Positions 9,833 to 18,491 of a stretch of DNA of 64,000 bases are shown here, one piece after another. Both the position numbers and the translations under genes were made by a program. The first letter of the stretch is position 1; the number at the start of each line of letters is the position of its first letter. The stretch comes from an uncultured Candidatus Saccharibacteria bacterium (GTDB lineage: Bacteria; Patescibacteriota; Minisyncoccia; Phycocordibacterales; DATDWN01), in contig CAZTQY010000002.1 of NCBI GenBank assembly GCA_964616425.1, forward strand, positions 2,910-66,909, written 5' to 3'. A model generated the notes under the pieces. It saw nothing but the letters and a program-made list of their open reading frames with translations, was not told the origin of the DNA and did not search any database.

Positions 9833-11536
9833 ATGTTCCACAGTCTAAAAACAATTTTTCGAAGAAGAAATTTGAAGGCCAATAGAGACATAGATCCAGA
9901 TGAGATTTTTCTCGACTCTCAAAATCTTCCGGAATTTGATACCAACCAGTTTGAGGGACGAATAGAAAAACCAATATCTAGAAATGTTTTTACATTTGTA
10001 GTTATGTTTGTTGTTATTGTTGGCTCAATATTTTGTTACAAATTGTGGAGTTTGCAGGTAACTAACGGTGAGACATTTAGAACTAGAAGTGATAACAACA
10101 GTCTACACAAAACATTAATATATGCGAATAGAGGTGTGATATATGATAGAAATGGTGTTCCACTAGTATGGAATGATGTAAATCCGGAATCTTCGGATTA
10201 TTCTCTGCGTGTCTACGCTACTTCTACGGGACTTTCAACAGTAATAGGATATTTGAAATATCCAACAAAGGATTCTTCTGGTATTTACTATCAAGAAAAG
10301 TTTGATCCAAAGGATGGTATGGAGAAAATATACAATAATCAGTTATCAGGTCTAGATGGTACAAAAATAATAGAGACAGATGTAAAGGGAAATGTTATTT
10401 CTGAAAGTGTGGTGGATAAACCAGTAGATGGTCAAAACGTTGTTACTTCAATAGATATCAGGTTACAGAGACGACTCAACACATCTCTTTTGGATATTGC
10501 CGATCGTGCTGGCTACAAAGGTGGAGCCGGAATAATAATGGATGTTAAAACAGGTGAGATTTTGGCATCGAGTAACTTTCCAGAATATGATTCTCAAATA
10601 ATGACTGATGGTTCAAACGGTACCAAAATCACTGAATGGATAAACTCAAGTAATCATCCATTTTTAAACAGAGCGATAGATGGTCTGTATACACCTGGGT
10701 CTATTATGAAATTGTTTGTGGCTATGGGAGTTTTGGATCAACAAGTTATTTCACCAACAAAACAGATTTTAAGTACGGGTTCAATCACAATACCTAACCC
10801 GTTTTATCCAGATAAACCATCAGTATTTATGGATTGGAAGGCCCATGGTTTAGTTGATCTACGCAGAGCAATAGCCGTTTCGTCCAATGTGTACTTTTAT
10901 GAAGTTTCTGGCGGGTATAAAGATCAAAAGGGAATTGGAATAGATAACTTAGATAAATACGTAAGCATGTTCGGTTTTGGTGCTACGACGGGCCTTGATT
11001 TTCCTGGAGAAAAAAACGGAACAGTGCCAAGTCCAGAGTGGAAAAAGAAAACTTTTGATGGGGAAGACTGGCGAGTTGGAGATACGTATAACACCGCTAT
11101 CGGTCAGTATGGTTTTCAAGTTTCACCAATCCAGGTTGTTAGAGCTGTTGGAGCTATAGCGACAAACGGAAAATTATTAACACCAACTTTTATAAAGGAT
11201 AAAGCTGGCACACTACCAGTTTCAGATGTGGTTTTAAATCCTAGTTATTATCAGATTGTTAAAGAAGGAATGCGACAGGGTGTGACTGAGGGAACTTCAC
11301 AAGCAATAAACTTTCCATTTGTTCGTGTTGCCTCAAAAACTGGAACAGCTCAAATCGGAGTAGCAAAAGATGAAGTTAACTCATGGGTAGTTGGCTTCTG
11401 GCCGTACGAAAATCCAAAGTACGCTTATGTAGTTGTGATGGAAAGAGGCTCAAAGAACAACCAATTTGGAGCGGTGTTGGTTATGCAAGAGTTTCTGGAC
11501 TGGGTCCATGTATATACCCCAGAGTATTTGGAGTAA
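9833..11536 (+). CDS. mrdA: Penicillin-binding protein 2 (elongation transpeptidase)
   Basis: SIMK (SxxK), SSN (SxN) and KTGT motifs. N-terminal TM. Operon position after mreCD. Confidence 0.85.
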   Translation: MFHSLKTIFRRRNLKANRDIDPDEIFLDSQNLPEFDTNQFEGRIEKPISRNVFTFVVMFVVIVGSIFCYKLWSLQVTNGETFRTRSDNNSLHKTLIYANRGVIYDRNGVPLVWNDVNPESSDYSLRVYATSTGLSTVIGYLKYPTKDSSGIYYQEKFDPKDGMEKIYNNQLSGLDGTKIIETDVKGNVISESVVDKPVDGQNVVTSIDIRLQRRLNTSLLDIADRAGYKGGAGIIMDVKTGEILASSNFPEYDSQIMTDGSNGTKITEWINSSNHPFLNRAIDGLYTPGSIMKLFVAMGVLDQQVISPTKQILSTGSITIPNPFYPDKPSVFMDWKAHGLVDLRRAIAVSSNVYFYEVSGGYKDQKGIGIDNLDKYVSMFGFGATTGLDFPGEKNGTVPSPEWKKKTFDGEDWRVGDTYNTAIGQYGFQVSPIQVVRAVGAIATNGKLLTPTFIKDKAGTLPVSDVVLNPSYYQIVKEGMRQGVTEGTSQAINFPFVRVASKTGTAQIGVAKDEVNSWVVGFWPYENPKYAYVVVMERGSKNNQFGAVLVMQEFLDWVHVYTPEYLE

Positions 11537-11537
11537 A

Positions 11538-11652
11538 CCTCAGAATTTGGCGAACTCCTCGTTCCCAAATTAAAAATATTCGTCACCTTAGCCTTAACTA
11601 AGGCTCCTCATATTTTTAATTTCTCACGTCGGATTTCATCCAAATTCTGAGG
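11538..11652. repeat. Intergenic element bounded by a 13-bp inverted repeat with an inner hairpin
   Basis: cctcagaatttgg (11538-11550) and ccaaattctgagg (11640-11652). Inner ccttagcc-ttaa-ctaagg hairpin at about 11586-11607. Confidence 0.55.
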
Positions 11653-11687
11653 TTAGAGATAACTTCTTTTTATCTGTCTTGAGTAAA

Positions 11688-11716
11688 TTGACCGTAGTGT
11701 ATTTTTAAGCTATACT
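11688..11716 (+). promoter_or_regulatory. Sigma70-like promoter for greA
   Basis: TTGACC (11688-11693), 17-nt spacer, TATACT (11711-11716), about 35 nt upstream of the greA ATG. Confidence 0.45.
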
Positions 11717-11750
11717 ATGCGGAATTAGTTAATTAAAAAAGCCCAAAACA

Positions 11751-12203
11751 ATGAAGGAATATTTGACACAAGAGAAATATGACGAGTTTAAGGCGGAGTT
11801 AGCACTACTAAAAGGTACAAAGAGAAAAGAGGTGGCAGAAGCTCTAGAATATGCAAAGTCTTTGGGAGATTTGTCTGAAAATGCAGAGTATCATGAGGCA
11901 CGAGATAACCAAGGTGTGATAGAAGATAGAATAGCTAAACTTGAGGATTTGCTAAAAAATGCAAGTATCATCAAGTCTAACAATACTGGTATGGTTGGGG
12001 TGGGCTCTGTGGTTACTGTTGAAAAAGATGGTAAAAAAGTTGAATATACTATCGTAGGTTCAGAAGAGTCTGATTTTGTAGCGAACAAAATTTCTATGCG
12101 TTCACCTTTTGGTCAGGCAATAATGGGTAAGAAAAAGGGGGATACTTTTACATTCAAAGCGCCTAATGGTGAGCTTACATATTCAGTTAAGGAAGTTAAG
12201 TAA
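11751..12203 (+). CDS. greA: Transcription elongation factor GreA
   Basis: 150 aa with the conserved acidic-tip region. Confidence 0.9.
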   Translation: MKEYLTQEKYDEFKAELALLKGTKRKEVAEALEYAKSLGDLSENAEYHEARDNQGVIEDRIAKLEDLLKNASIIKSNNTGMVGVGSVVTVEKDGKKVEYTIVGSEESDFVANKISMRSPFGQAIMGKKKGDTFTFKAPNGELTYSVKEVK

Positions 12204-12329
12204 AATATTTTCTCTAGTTTTTACAGACACGCATAAACCCCTGTTGGGGTTTTGCTTTGCTCGAAAATCAAGAAAACAATAGTCCTCACTCCAGAGCCTT
12301 CTCGCAAACTCGCTTCGCACCACACGGAC

Positions 12330-12420
12330 ACTAATGTGCCACTTAGTACTTCCAATTTCTAATCGCTCTACTCAAGAAATTTAGGTCGCTCAAACAATGC
12401 TCCAGGCTTCTTTCTGTTCG
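12330..12420 (+). repeat. Diverged copy of the dispersed intergenic GUAC-hairpin repeat family
   Basis: cacttagtacttcc...ggtcgctcaaacaatgctcc resembles ggagtacatttgtacaccttggtcgtaaacaaatcctgcg of the 42165 copy. Confidence 0.3.
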
Positions 12421-12509
12421 TCGTTGTTTTCTAATTTCCTGCGCAGGTCTATAAAAAATATAGAAAATTCTACTTTGGAGATTTTAGAATCAAATGTTAG
12501 TATATTGTC

Positions 12510-13970
12510 ATGGCATCACTTGAAGAAATAAAGCAGGGACGACTTGCAAAGCTACAAATCTTAAAAGACAAAGGTATTAACCCGTATCCTGCATCAGTTC
12601 CTAGAGATTTTTCTATTAGTTACTTTAGGGAAAATTTTGATTCAAAGGTTTCTGAAGCCGGCAAAGTTTCTATCGCTGGAAGAGTTATGGCCTTGAGAGG
12701 TCAGGGAGCGATACTTTTTGCTGTACTTTTTGATGGGACTGAAAAAATTCAAGCAATAATAAAAAAAGACACCTTAACTGATGAAGTCTTTTCTCTTTTT
12801 GTCGATACAGTAGATATTGGAGATTTTATTTCTGTTACAGGAACTCCAATGCTTTCGAAAACTGGTGAACAGAGTGTTATGGCTGAGTCTTGGGTAATGG
12901 CTGGAAAGACACTGCTTCCTTTGCCTGAAAAATGGCACGGACTACAGGATGTTGATGAGAGATACAGAAAGCGATACTTAGACTTCCTTATGGATGACGA
13001 TTTGCGAGCTTTGATCGTAAAGAAATCAAAGTTCTGGTCAGTGGCTAGAGATTTTCTAAACAAAGAAGGTTTCCTTGAGGTAGAGACTCCAACACTAGAG
13101 GTAACTACTGGTGGAGCCGAAGCTAGACCTTTTAAAACACATCATAACGACTTTGATCTAGATGTTTTTATGCGGATATCGGTTGGTGAGTTGTGGCAGA
13201 AGAGACTGATGTCTGCTGGTTTCGAAAAAACATTTGAGTTGGGAAGAGTATATAGAAACGAAGGTTCATCTCCTGAGCATTTGCAAGAATTCACAAACCT
13301 TGAGTTTTACGCTTCTTTCATGACTTTTGAAGATGGAAAAGAGTTAGTCAAAAAACTTTATAAAAAATTAGCAGAAGATACTTTTGGTAAAACAGAGTTT
13401 GAAACTCGAGGTCACAAGTTTGACCTAGCAGGAGAGTGGGAAGAGCTCGACTATGTCGAAACAGTAAAGAAAATGACTGGTGTAGACGTTATAAAAGACA
13501 CTGTAGAAACTTTGCAGGCAAAACTAGATGAGCTAAAAGTAAAATACGATGGAAATAACAGAGAGAGGATGACAGATAGTTTGTGGAAGTACTGTCGAAA
13601 ATCTATCGCAGGCCCAGCGTTTCTAGTAAACCATCCAAAACTAGTTGCGCCTCTTTCAAAGGAACATCCAGAAAATTCAAACCTTACAAAAACATTTCAA
13701 GTGATCCTGGCTGGTAGTGAACTTGGTCGTGCACATGCAGAACTTAATGATCCGATAGACCAAGCGCAGAGGTTTAGTAAACAAAAGGAACTTATCGAAG
13801 GGGGAGATGAAGAGGCAATGATGTCAGACGATGAGTATGTTGAAATGCTCGAGTATGGAATGCCCCCTACATTTGGTTTCGGCTTTGGAGAGAGACTCTT
13901 TGCATTCCTTGCGGATAAACCGTTACGAGAGTTGCAAACCTTCCCACTAATGCGCCCAAAATCCGAGTAA
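12510..13970 (+). CDS. lysS: Lysyl-tRNA synthetase, class II
   Basis: 486 aa with an N-terminal OB-fold region and class II catalytic motifs. Confidence 0.9.
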   Translation: MASLEEIKQGRLAKLQILKDKGINPYPASVPRDFSISYFRENFDSKVSEAGKVSIAGRVMALRGQGAILFAVLFDGTEKIQAIIKKDTLTDEVFSLFVDTVDIGDFISVTGTPMLSKTGEQSVMAESWVMAGKTLLPLPEKWHGLQDVDERYRKRYLDFLMDDDLRALIVKKSKFWSVARDFLNKEGFLEVETPTLEVTTGGAEARPFKTHHNDFDLDVFMRISVGELWQKRLMSAGFEKTFELGRVYRNEGSSPEHLQEFTNLEFYASFMTFEDGKELVKKLYKKLAEDTFGKTEFETRGHKFDLAGEWEELDYVETVKKMTGVDVIKDTVETLQAKLDELKVKYDGNNRERMTDSLWKYCRKSIAGPAFLVNHPKLVAPLSKEHPENSNLTKTFQVILAGSELGRAHAELNDPIDQAQRFSKQKELIEGGDEEAMMSDDEYVEMLEYGMPPTFGFGFGERLFAFLADKPLRELQTFPLMRPKSE

Positions 13971-14043
13971 AATTATCTCATCTACGCGACCTTATTTTCT
14001 TATGAGCAATGCGAATTAGAAAATGGAAGTACTCTTGTGGTGT

Positions 14044-14128
14044 GTTGTTGCTGTTCAATTTTATTCATTCACCGTACGTCAAAGTACGGCTCACTCACAA
14101 AATCTCCAGCGCCTAGCATCTGAGGCAA
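14044..14128 (+). repeat. Dispersed intergenic repeat (GUAC-hairpin family), copy downstream of lysS
   Basis: gttgttgctgttcaatttt...accgtacgtcaaagtacggctcactcacaaaatctccagcgcctagcatctgaggca. Near-identical to the copy at 35326-35410. Confidence 0.7.
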
Positions 14129-14144
14129 TTTAACTCAGATTAGA

Positions 14145-14170
14145 GACCACCAAAGTAGGTGGTTTTTTGG
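14145..14170 (+). terminator. Intrinsic terminator after lysS
   Basis: gaccacc-aaagta-ggtggt followed by tttttt. Confidence 0.7.
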
Positions 14171-14179
14171 TACTCAAAA

Positions 14180-14580
14180 TCATCTATTGACACAATCTGC
14201 TGGAGGTGTATAATATTATATGTGAATGGAAGAGGTGGCGTAAACGTGAACCTTTGGCGATATTCGCGGAGGATGGCGGTTACGCAGAAATACATCATTC
14301 CAATGTCACACCAGCTTGCGGAGGCTTCCAAATCGTCCTTACAGCCTTAGTTGTTCGGTCGATAAATAGATTCGCAGGCTGGAGTTCTTCTCAGGCATCA
14401 GTTCTTCCGAACAGGAGGTGCTCGTTGTATGAGTTTGGTTCCGGCAGGATGTAGGCCTGTCGGCAGAGATGGGGCCTGTTGTACCCATATAAGTTCTGTT
14501 CCGCAGGTGGGTGTCCACAATACACCAGGCACGGCCCCACCTGCGGAAATCTACAAGCTGACTTCGGTCGGCTTTTTTCG
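14180..14580 (+). ncRNA. Probable structured non-coding RNA gene of unidentified class (candidates: RNase P RNA, tmRNA, 6S)
   Basis: About 400 nt at roughly 55% GC in a 35% GC genome, with only short overlapping ORFs. Bounded by the lysS terminator upstream. Ends with an 11-bp stem (ccgcaggtggg/cccacctgcgg) plus an agctgac-ttcg-gtcggc-tttttt terminator at 14556-14579. Confidence 0.5.
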
Positions 14581-14605
14581 TATCTGAATTCCCAAAATAG
14601 AGCGA

Positions 14606-14801
14606 AATCATGAGTTTTTAAAACCCTGCGGAAGCAATTAGCAAATAACGACAAAGATAAAGTAAGCCTGAAGCATCTACCCCGCAGGGGCGACCAAAGG
14701 GAGTCTGCGTAAGGCTACGTATCGAGGAGATTAGTTGCTTGATTGCTGAGCAAGAGCAAAAATTCAACAGAATTTTATGTGTGTTTTAAAAACTCATGAT
14801 T
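14606..14801. repeat. Element bounded by a 19-bp perfect inverted repeat enclosing about 158 nt of GC-rich sequence
   Basis: aatcatgagtttttaaaac (14606-14624) and gttttaaaaactcatgatt (14783-14801). Inner cctgcgg...ccgcagg complementary pair. Confidence 0.55.
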
Positions 14802-14844
14802 GAGCCAAAGTTATCCACTTTTTTGTGGATGTTTTTGGTAGACA

Positions 14845-14890
14845 GTGGGAAGTAGTGGTATATAATGTTATCTAAGTGGGAAGTAGTGGG
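14845..14890 (+). promoter_or_regulatory. mra promoter with direct GTGGG repeats (probable MraZ operator) flanking a tatataat -10 box
   Basis: gtgggaagtagtgg (14845-14858), tatataat (14859-14866), gtgggaagtagtggg (14876-14890), 30 nt upstream of mraZ. Confidence 0.6.
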
Positions 14891-14919
14891 AAACGCCAAA
14901 AAATTAAAATAATAAAATC

Positions 14920-15354
14920 ATGCTTATAGGAGAATACACACATAGCATAGATGATAAAAATAGGCTTTCTCTTCCTGCAAAATTTCGAACAGAGCTTGGT
15001 AAAAAAATAGTTGTTACTCAAGGTTTGGATAACTGTCTTTGGGTTTTCAAACATGTAGAGTGGCAAAAGATTGAAGAGAAGTTAAATCAATCTTCAATCG
15101 GTCAAGCTGATAATCGAAGTTTTAACCGCTTGATGTTTTCTAGTGCAGTGGAGGCCGAAGTAGATTCTATCGGTCGAATACTTGTTCCAGAATTTTTAAG
15201 AGACAGAGCAAATTTAAAAAATAAAGTAGTAGTTATCGGGGTCTCTAGTCGAGTTGAAATTTGGAACGAGAAGACTTGGAGCGACTATAAGAAAGTCGTT
15301 GAAAAACAAGCTGATGCACTGGCAGAAAAGTTAGGCCAAGTTGGAGTCATATAA
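14920..15354 (+). CDS. mraZ: Transcriptional regulator MraZ
   Basis: 144 aa. The duplicated DxxxR motif region (IDDKNRLSLPAKFR ... VDSIGRILVPEFLR) is typical of MraZ. Confidence 0.9.
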   Translation: MLIGEYTHSIDDKNRLSLPAKFRTELGKKIVVTQGLDNCLWVFKHVEWQKIEEKLNQSSIGQADNRSFNRLMFSSAVEAEVDSIGRILVPEFLRDRANLKNKVVVIGVSSRVEIWNEKTWSDYKKVVEKQADALAEKLGQVGVI

Positions 15355-15356
15355 AT

Positions 15357-16277
15357 ATGATTCATAAGACTGTTCTTTTACATGAAGCTATAGATGGATT
15401 GGATATCAAAAATGGTGACATTTTTGTTGACGGTACATTGGGAGGAGGCGGACATAGTGAGGAAGTAGCAAAAAGGTTTGGTAATTCTGTTGTCATGATC
15501 GGAATTGACCTTGATCCTGAAGCAATAGAACGTGCCTCTGCACGACTTTCCCCACTAAATCCAAACATACAATACATTCATGGCAGTTTTCGCAACATAG
15601 ATAATCTTTTGGAGACATCTGGTATCAAAAGTGCAGATAAAATTTTGCTTGATATTGGACTTTCTTCAAACCAGTTCGAGGATTCTGGTCGAGGTTTCTC
15701 ATTTCAAAAGGATGAGCCTCTGATAATGTCATTCAAAAAGGATTTAAAACAGGAAGACCTTACCGCGAGAGAAATCGTTAACACTTGGGATTTAGAGAAT
15801 ATATCTACTATCCTCAAGAGCTATGGTGAAGAGCAGTTTGCTTGGAAAATTGCCAAGGCGATAGTAGCTAGAAGAGAGATAAAACCGATTGATACTACAT
15901 TTGATCTGGTTGAAATCATAAAAATAGCCACTCCAAAGTGGTATCACCACAAAAGAATTCACCCAGCTACAAAAACATTTCAAGCTTTACGTATAACTGT
16001 AAATGATGAGATAGAGAGTTTGAAGGATGGTGTTGCAAAAGGGTTTAGTATTCTAAATCCTGGAGGTAGACTGGCGGTCATATCATTCCACAGCATCGAG
16101 GACAGAGTAATAAAAAATTTTTATAGAGATAGAGACAAGGAAGGTTTAGGTAAGGTGATTACAAAAAAACCCATAATACCTACTGAGGCGGAAATAGCAG
16201 AAAATCCTAGATCACGAAGTAGTAAATTGCGAATAATAGAGAAAACAACCGTGCGAAGCCGAGCAGTGGTCGCATGA
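15357..16277 (+). CDS. rsmH: 16S rRNA m4C1402 methyltransferase RsmH (MraW)
   Basis: VDGTLGGGGHS SAM-binding motif, position after mraZ. Confidence 0.9.
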   Translation: MIHKTVLLHEAIDGLDIKNGDIFVDGTLGGGGHSEEVAKRFGNSVVMIGIDLDPEAIERASARLSPLNPNIQYIHGSFRNIDNLLETSGIKSADKILLDIGLSSNQFEDSGRGFSFQKDEPLIMSFKKDLKQEDLTAREIVNTWDLENISTILKSYGEEQFAWKIAKAIVARREIKPIDTTFDLVEIIKIATPKWYHHKRIHPATKTFQALRITVNDEIESLKDGVAKGFSILNPGGRLAVISFHSIEDRVIKNFYRDRDKEGLGKVITKKPIIPTEAEIAENPRSRSSKLRIIEKTTVRSRAVVA

Positions 16278-16286
16278 CCAAATATA

Positions 16287-16598
16287 ATGACAGAAAAAGT
16301 ATTACAAATAAATAATGAGAAGACTATATTCTGGAGTATTTTGGCACTCTTGCTGTTATCTTTTGGTTTCTATATGTATTTTATAAATGCAACAGTACAT
16401 AATGTAGTTGCAAGACAAAATCTTGAAGCTGAAGCATCAAATCTAACACTGACTATTGGCAACCAAGAATTTCAATATATAACAAGCCGTAACAATGTAA
16501 CATTAGCCCTCGCACATTCAATGGGTTTCAAAGATGTTTCAGAAAAAACATTTATATCAAGAGATGGTGGCAAGCAAGTTTCTCTTCTTTCCAGATAA
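16287..16598 (+). CDS. FtsL-like single-pass membrane protein of the dcw cluster
   Basis: 103 aa with a single TM, sitting between rsmH and ftsI. Confidence 0.45.
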   Translation: MTEKVLQINNEKTIFWSILALLLLSFGFYMYFINATVHNVVARQNLEAEASNLTLTIGNQEFQYITSRNNVTLALAHSMGFKDVSEKTFISRDGGKQVSLLSR

Positions 16599-16656
16599 AA
16601 TATTTTTATATTTCATAGTTTTTTGATAAGATAGATATTGCTATTTTCTTTTTAAT

Positions 16657-18363
16657 ATGAAGAACAACTACATACTCAGAATTCGTATAATCTCTCTAGC
16701 TATTTTTGCGTTTGCTCTGTTACTTATCGGTCGATTGTATGTATTGCAGATAGTAAGAAACGATAACTATATAAATAAAGCAGACAGGCAGTATTCATCT
16801 TCGGCAAATAAAGTGTTTAGTCGGGGAACAATATATTTTCAAAATAAAGATAAAACTCTAGTATCAGCTGCCACACTAAAATCTGGTTTTATCGTTGCTA
16901 TAAATCCAGAAATTTTACAAGAGCCTGATGATGTTTGGTTGAAGATAAAAGATTTAATTTCGATTGAGCATGATGCTTTCATATTGAAGGCTAACAAAAA
17001 AAATGATCCATATGAGGAGATTGCTACTCATGTGGACGAGGCTGTTGGAAAACAGATTTCTGATTTAAATATAAAAGGTTTACAAGTATATAAAGAGAGA
17101 TGGAGGTTTTATCCAGGAGGTAACACAGCGGCTCATGTTTTAGGTATTTTGGGGTACAAGGGTGATGAATATGCTGGAAGGTATGGTCTTGAGAGTAAAT
17201 ATGAGACATTACTTGAGCGAAAAGATGGAGCGTATGTTAATTTTTTTGCTGAAATGTTTTCTGATATAAAAGCCGCGACTAATCCAAGTGAAGAAAATGA
17301 AGGAGATATAGTTACGACCATAGAACCTACTGTACAGACTTTTCTTCAGTCTGTTTTGGCTAGCACAACGGAAAAATGGGACTCAGATTTGACTGGAGGC
17401 ATAATAATGGACCCAAAAACCGGAGAAATAATCGCCATGGAAACTTATCCGACTTTTGATCCAAATAACTCTGGTGAACAAAAGAATTCTGCAATATTCT
17501 CAAACCCTCTGGTGGAAAATGTGTATGAAATGGGTTCTATTATTAAACCGCTAACAGTGGCTGCTGGAATTGATCTTGGAGTTATAACATCCAAGTCAAC
17601 GTACTACGACAAAGGTTTTGTGATGATAAGTGGAAAAAAGGTTTCTAACTTTGATGGTAAAGAAAGAGGAGTTGTTAATATGCAAGATTTACTCTCTCAG
17701 TCACTAAATGTTGGTGCTGCATATGTAGAAAAGCTAATAGGTAATAAAAAATTTGCTGAGTATATTAACTTGTATGGTTTGGGAGAGAAAACTGGTATTG
17801 AACTTCCAAATGAAGCAAAAGATTTGATATCTAGTCTAAAAGGAAATATTGATATTGATTTTGCAACTGCATCTTTTGGTCAGGGTATAGCTCTTACTCC
17901 AGTTTCAACTATTAGAGCACTGTCAGTCATTGCAAACGGTGGTTTTCTTGTTAACCCTCACTTGGTTAAAAGTATAAATTATAAAATCGGTGTTTCAAAA
18001 GATACTCCTATAGATCCAGGCAAATATGTTTTAAAGAGAGAGACCACTGAAGAGGTTGCGAGGATGATGACATACAGTGTGGACAATGTGCTTTCTAATG
18101 GTACACTCAAAATACCTAACTATAGTGTGGCTGCAAAGACAGGTACAGCACAGATAGCCAAGGAGGGTGGGGGTGGGTACTATGATGACCAGTTTCTACA
18201 CTCATTTGTAGGTTTTTTCCCATCGTATAACCCAAGATTCATTATATTTTTGTACACTTTGCATCCAAAAGGAGCTCAGTTCGGTTCAGAAACACTAACA
18301 CACCCTTTTATGGATATAGTCAACTTCCTCATTAACTACTACGAAATCCCCCCAGACCGTTGA
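16657..18363 (+). CDS. ftsI: Division-type penicillin-binding protein (FtsI/PBP3-like transpeptidase)
   Basis: N-terminal TM, SIIK (SxxK), SLN and KTGT motifs, dcw position. Confidence 0.8.
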   Translation: MKNNYILRIRIISLAIFAFALLLIGRLYVLQIVRNDNYINKADRQYSSSANKVFSRGTIYFQNKDKTLVSAATLKSGFIVAINPEILQEPDDVWLKIKDLISIEHDAFILKANKKNDPYEEIATHVDEAVGKQISDLNIKGLQVYKERWRFYPGGNTAAHVLGILGYKGDEYAGRYGLESKYETLLERKDGAYVNFFAEMFSDIKAATNPSEENEGDIVTTIEPTVQTFLQSVLASTTEKWDSDLTGGIIMDPKTGEIIAMETYPTFDPNNSGEQKNSAIFSNPLVENVYEMGSIIKPLTVAAGIDLGVITSKSTYYDKGFVMISGKKVSNFDGKERGVVNMQDLLSQSLNVGAAYVEKLIGNKKFAEYINLYGLGEKTGIELPNEAKDLISSLKGNIDIDFATASFGQGIALTPVSTIRALSVIANGGFLVNPHLVKSINYKIGVSKDTPIDPGKYVLKRETTEEVARMMTYSVDNVLSNGTLKIPNYSVAAKTGTAQIAKEGGGGYYDDQFLHSFVGFFPSYNPRFIIFLYTLHPKGAQFGSETLTHPFMDIVNFLINYYEIPPDR

Positions 18364-18380
18364 AATTACTTTATATACTT

Positions 18381-18468
18381 CGTTGTGATTAGATTTTATT
18401 CGATCACTGTACGTTAGAGTACAGCTCACTCATAAAATCTCTCACGCCTTGTCTCTAAAGCAATTTCC
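18381..18468 (+). repeat. Dispersed intergenic repeat (GUAC-hairpin family), copy downstream of ftsI
   Basis: ...ttcgatcactgtacgttagagtacagctcactcataaaatctctcacgcc... The stem ctgtac/gtacag shows compensatory changes relative to ccgtac/gtacgg in the other copies. Confidence 0.65.
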
Positions 18469-18491
18469 ATGGTCTGATCATTATAAATTTT

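Noticed and set aside
14159-14654. Several 63-90 aa ORFs in the GC-rich 14.1-14.7 kb region
   Set aside because: They are mutually overlapping on both strands with no RBS or conserved motifs. The region is better explained as an RNA gene plus structured elements.
14600-14720. Possible tmRNA tag-encoding frame (gca aat aac gac aaa gat aaa ...)
   Set aside because: No ALAA-type tag ending, no tRNA-like T-arm/CCA end and no 5' acceptor partner were found. It is not supportable as tmRNA by eye.
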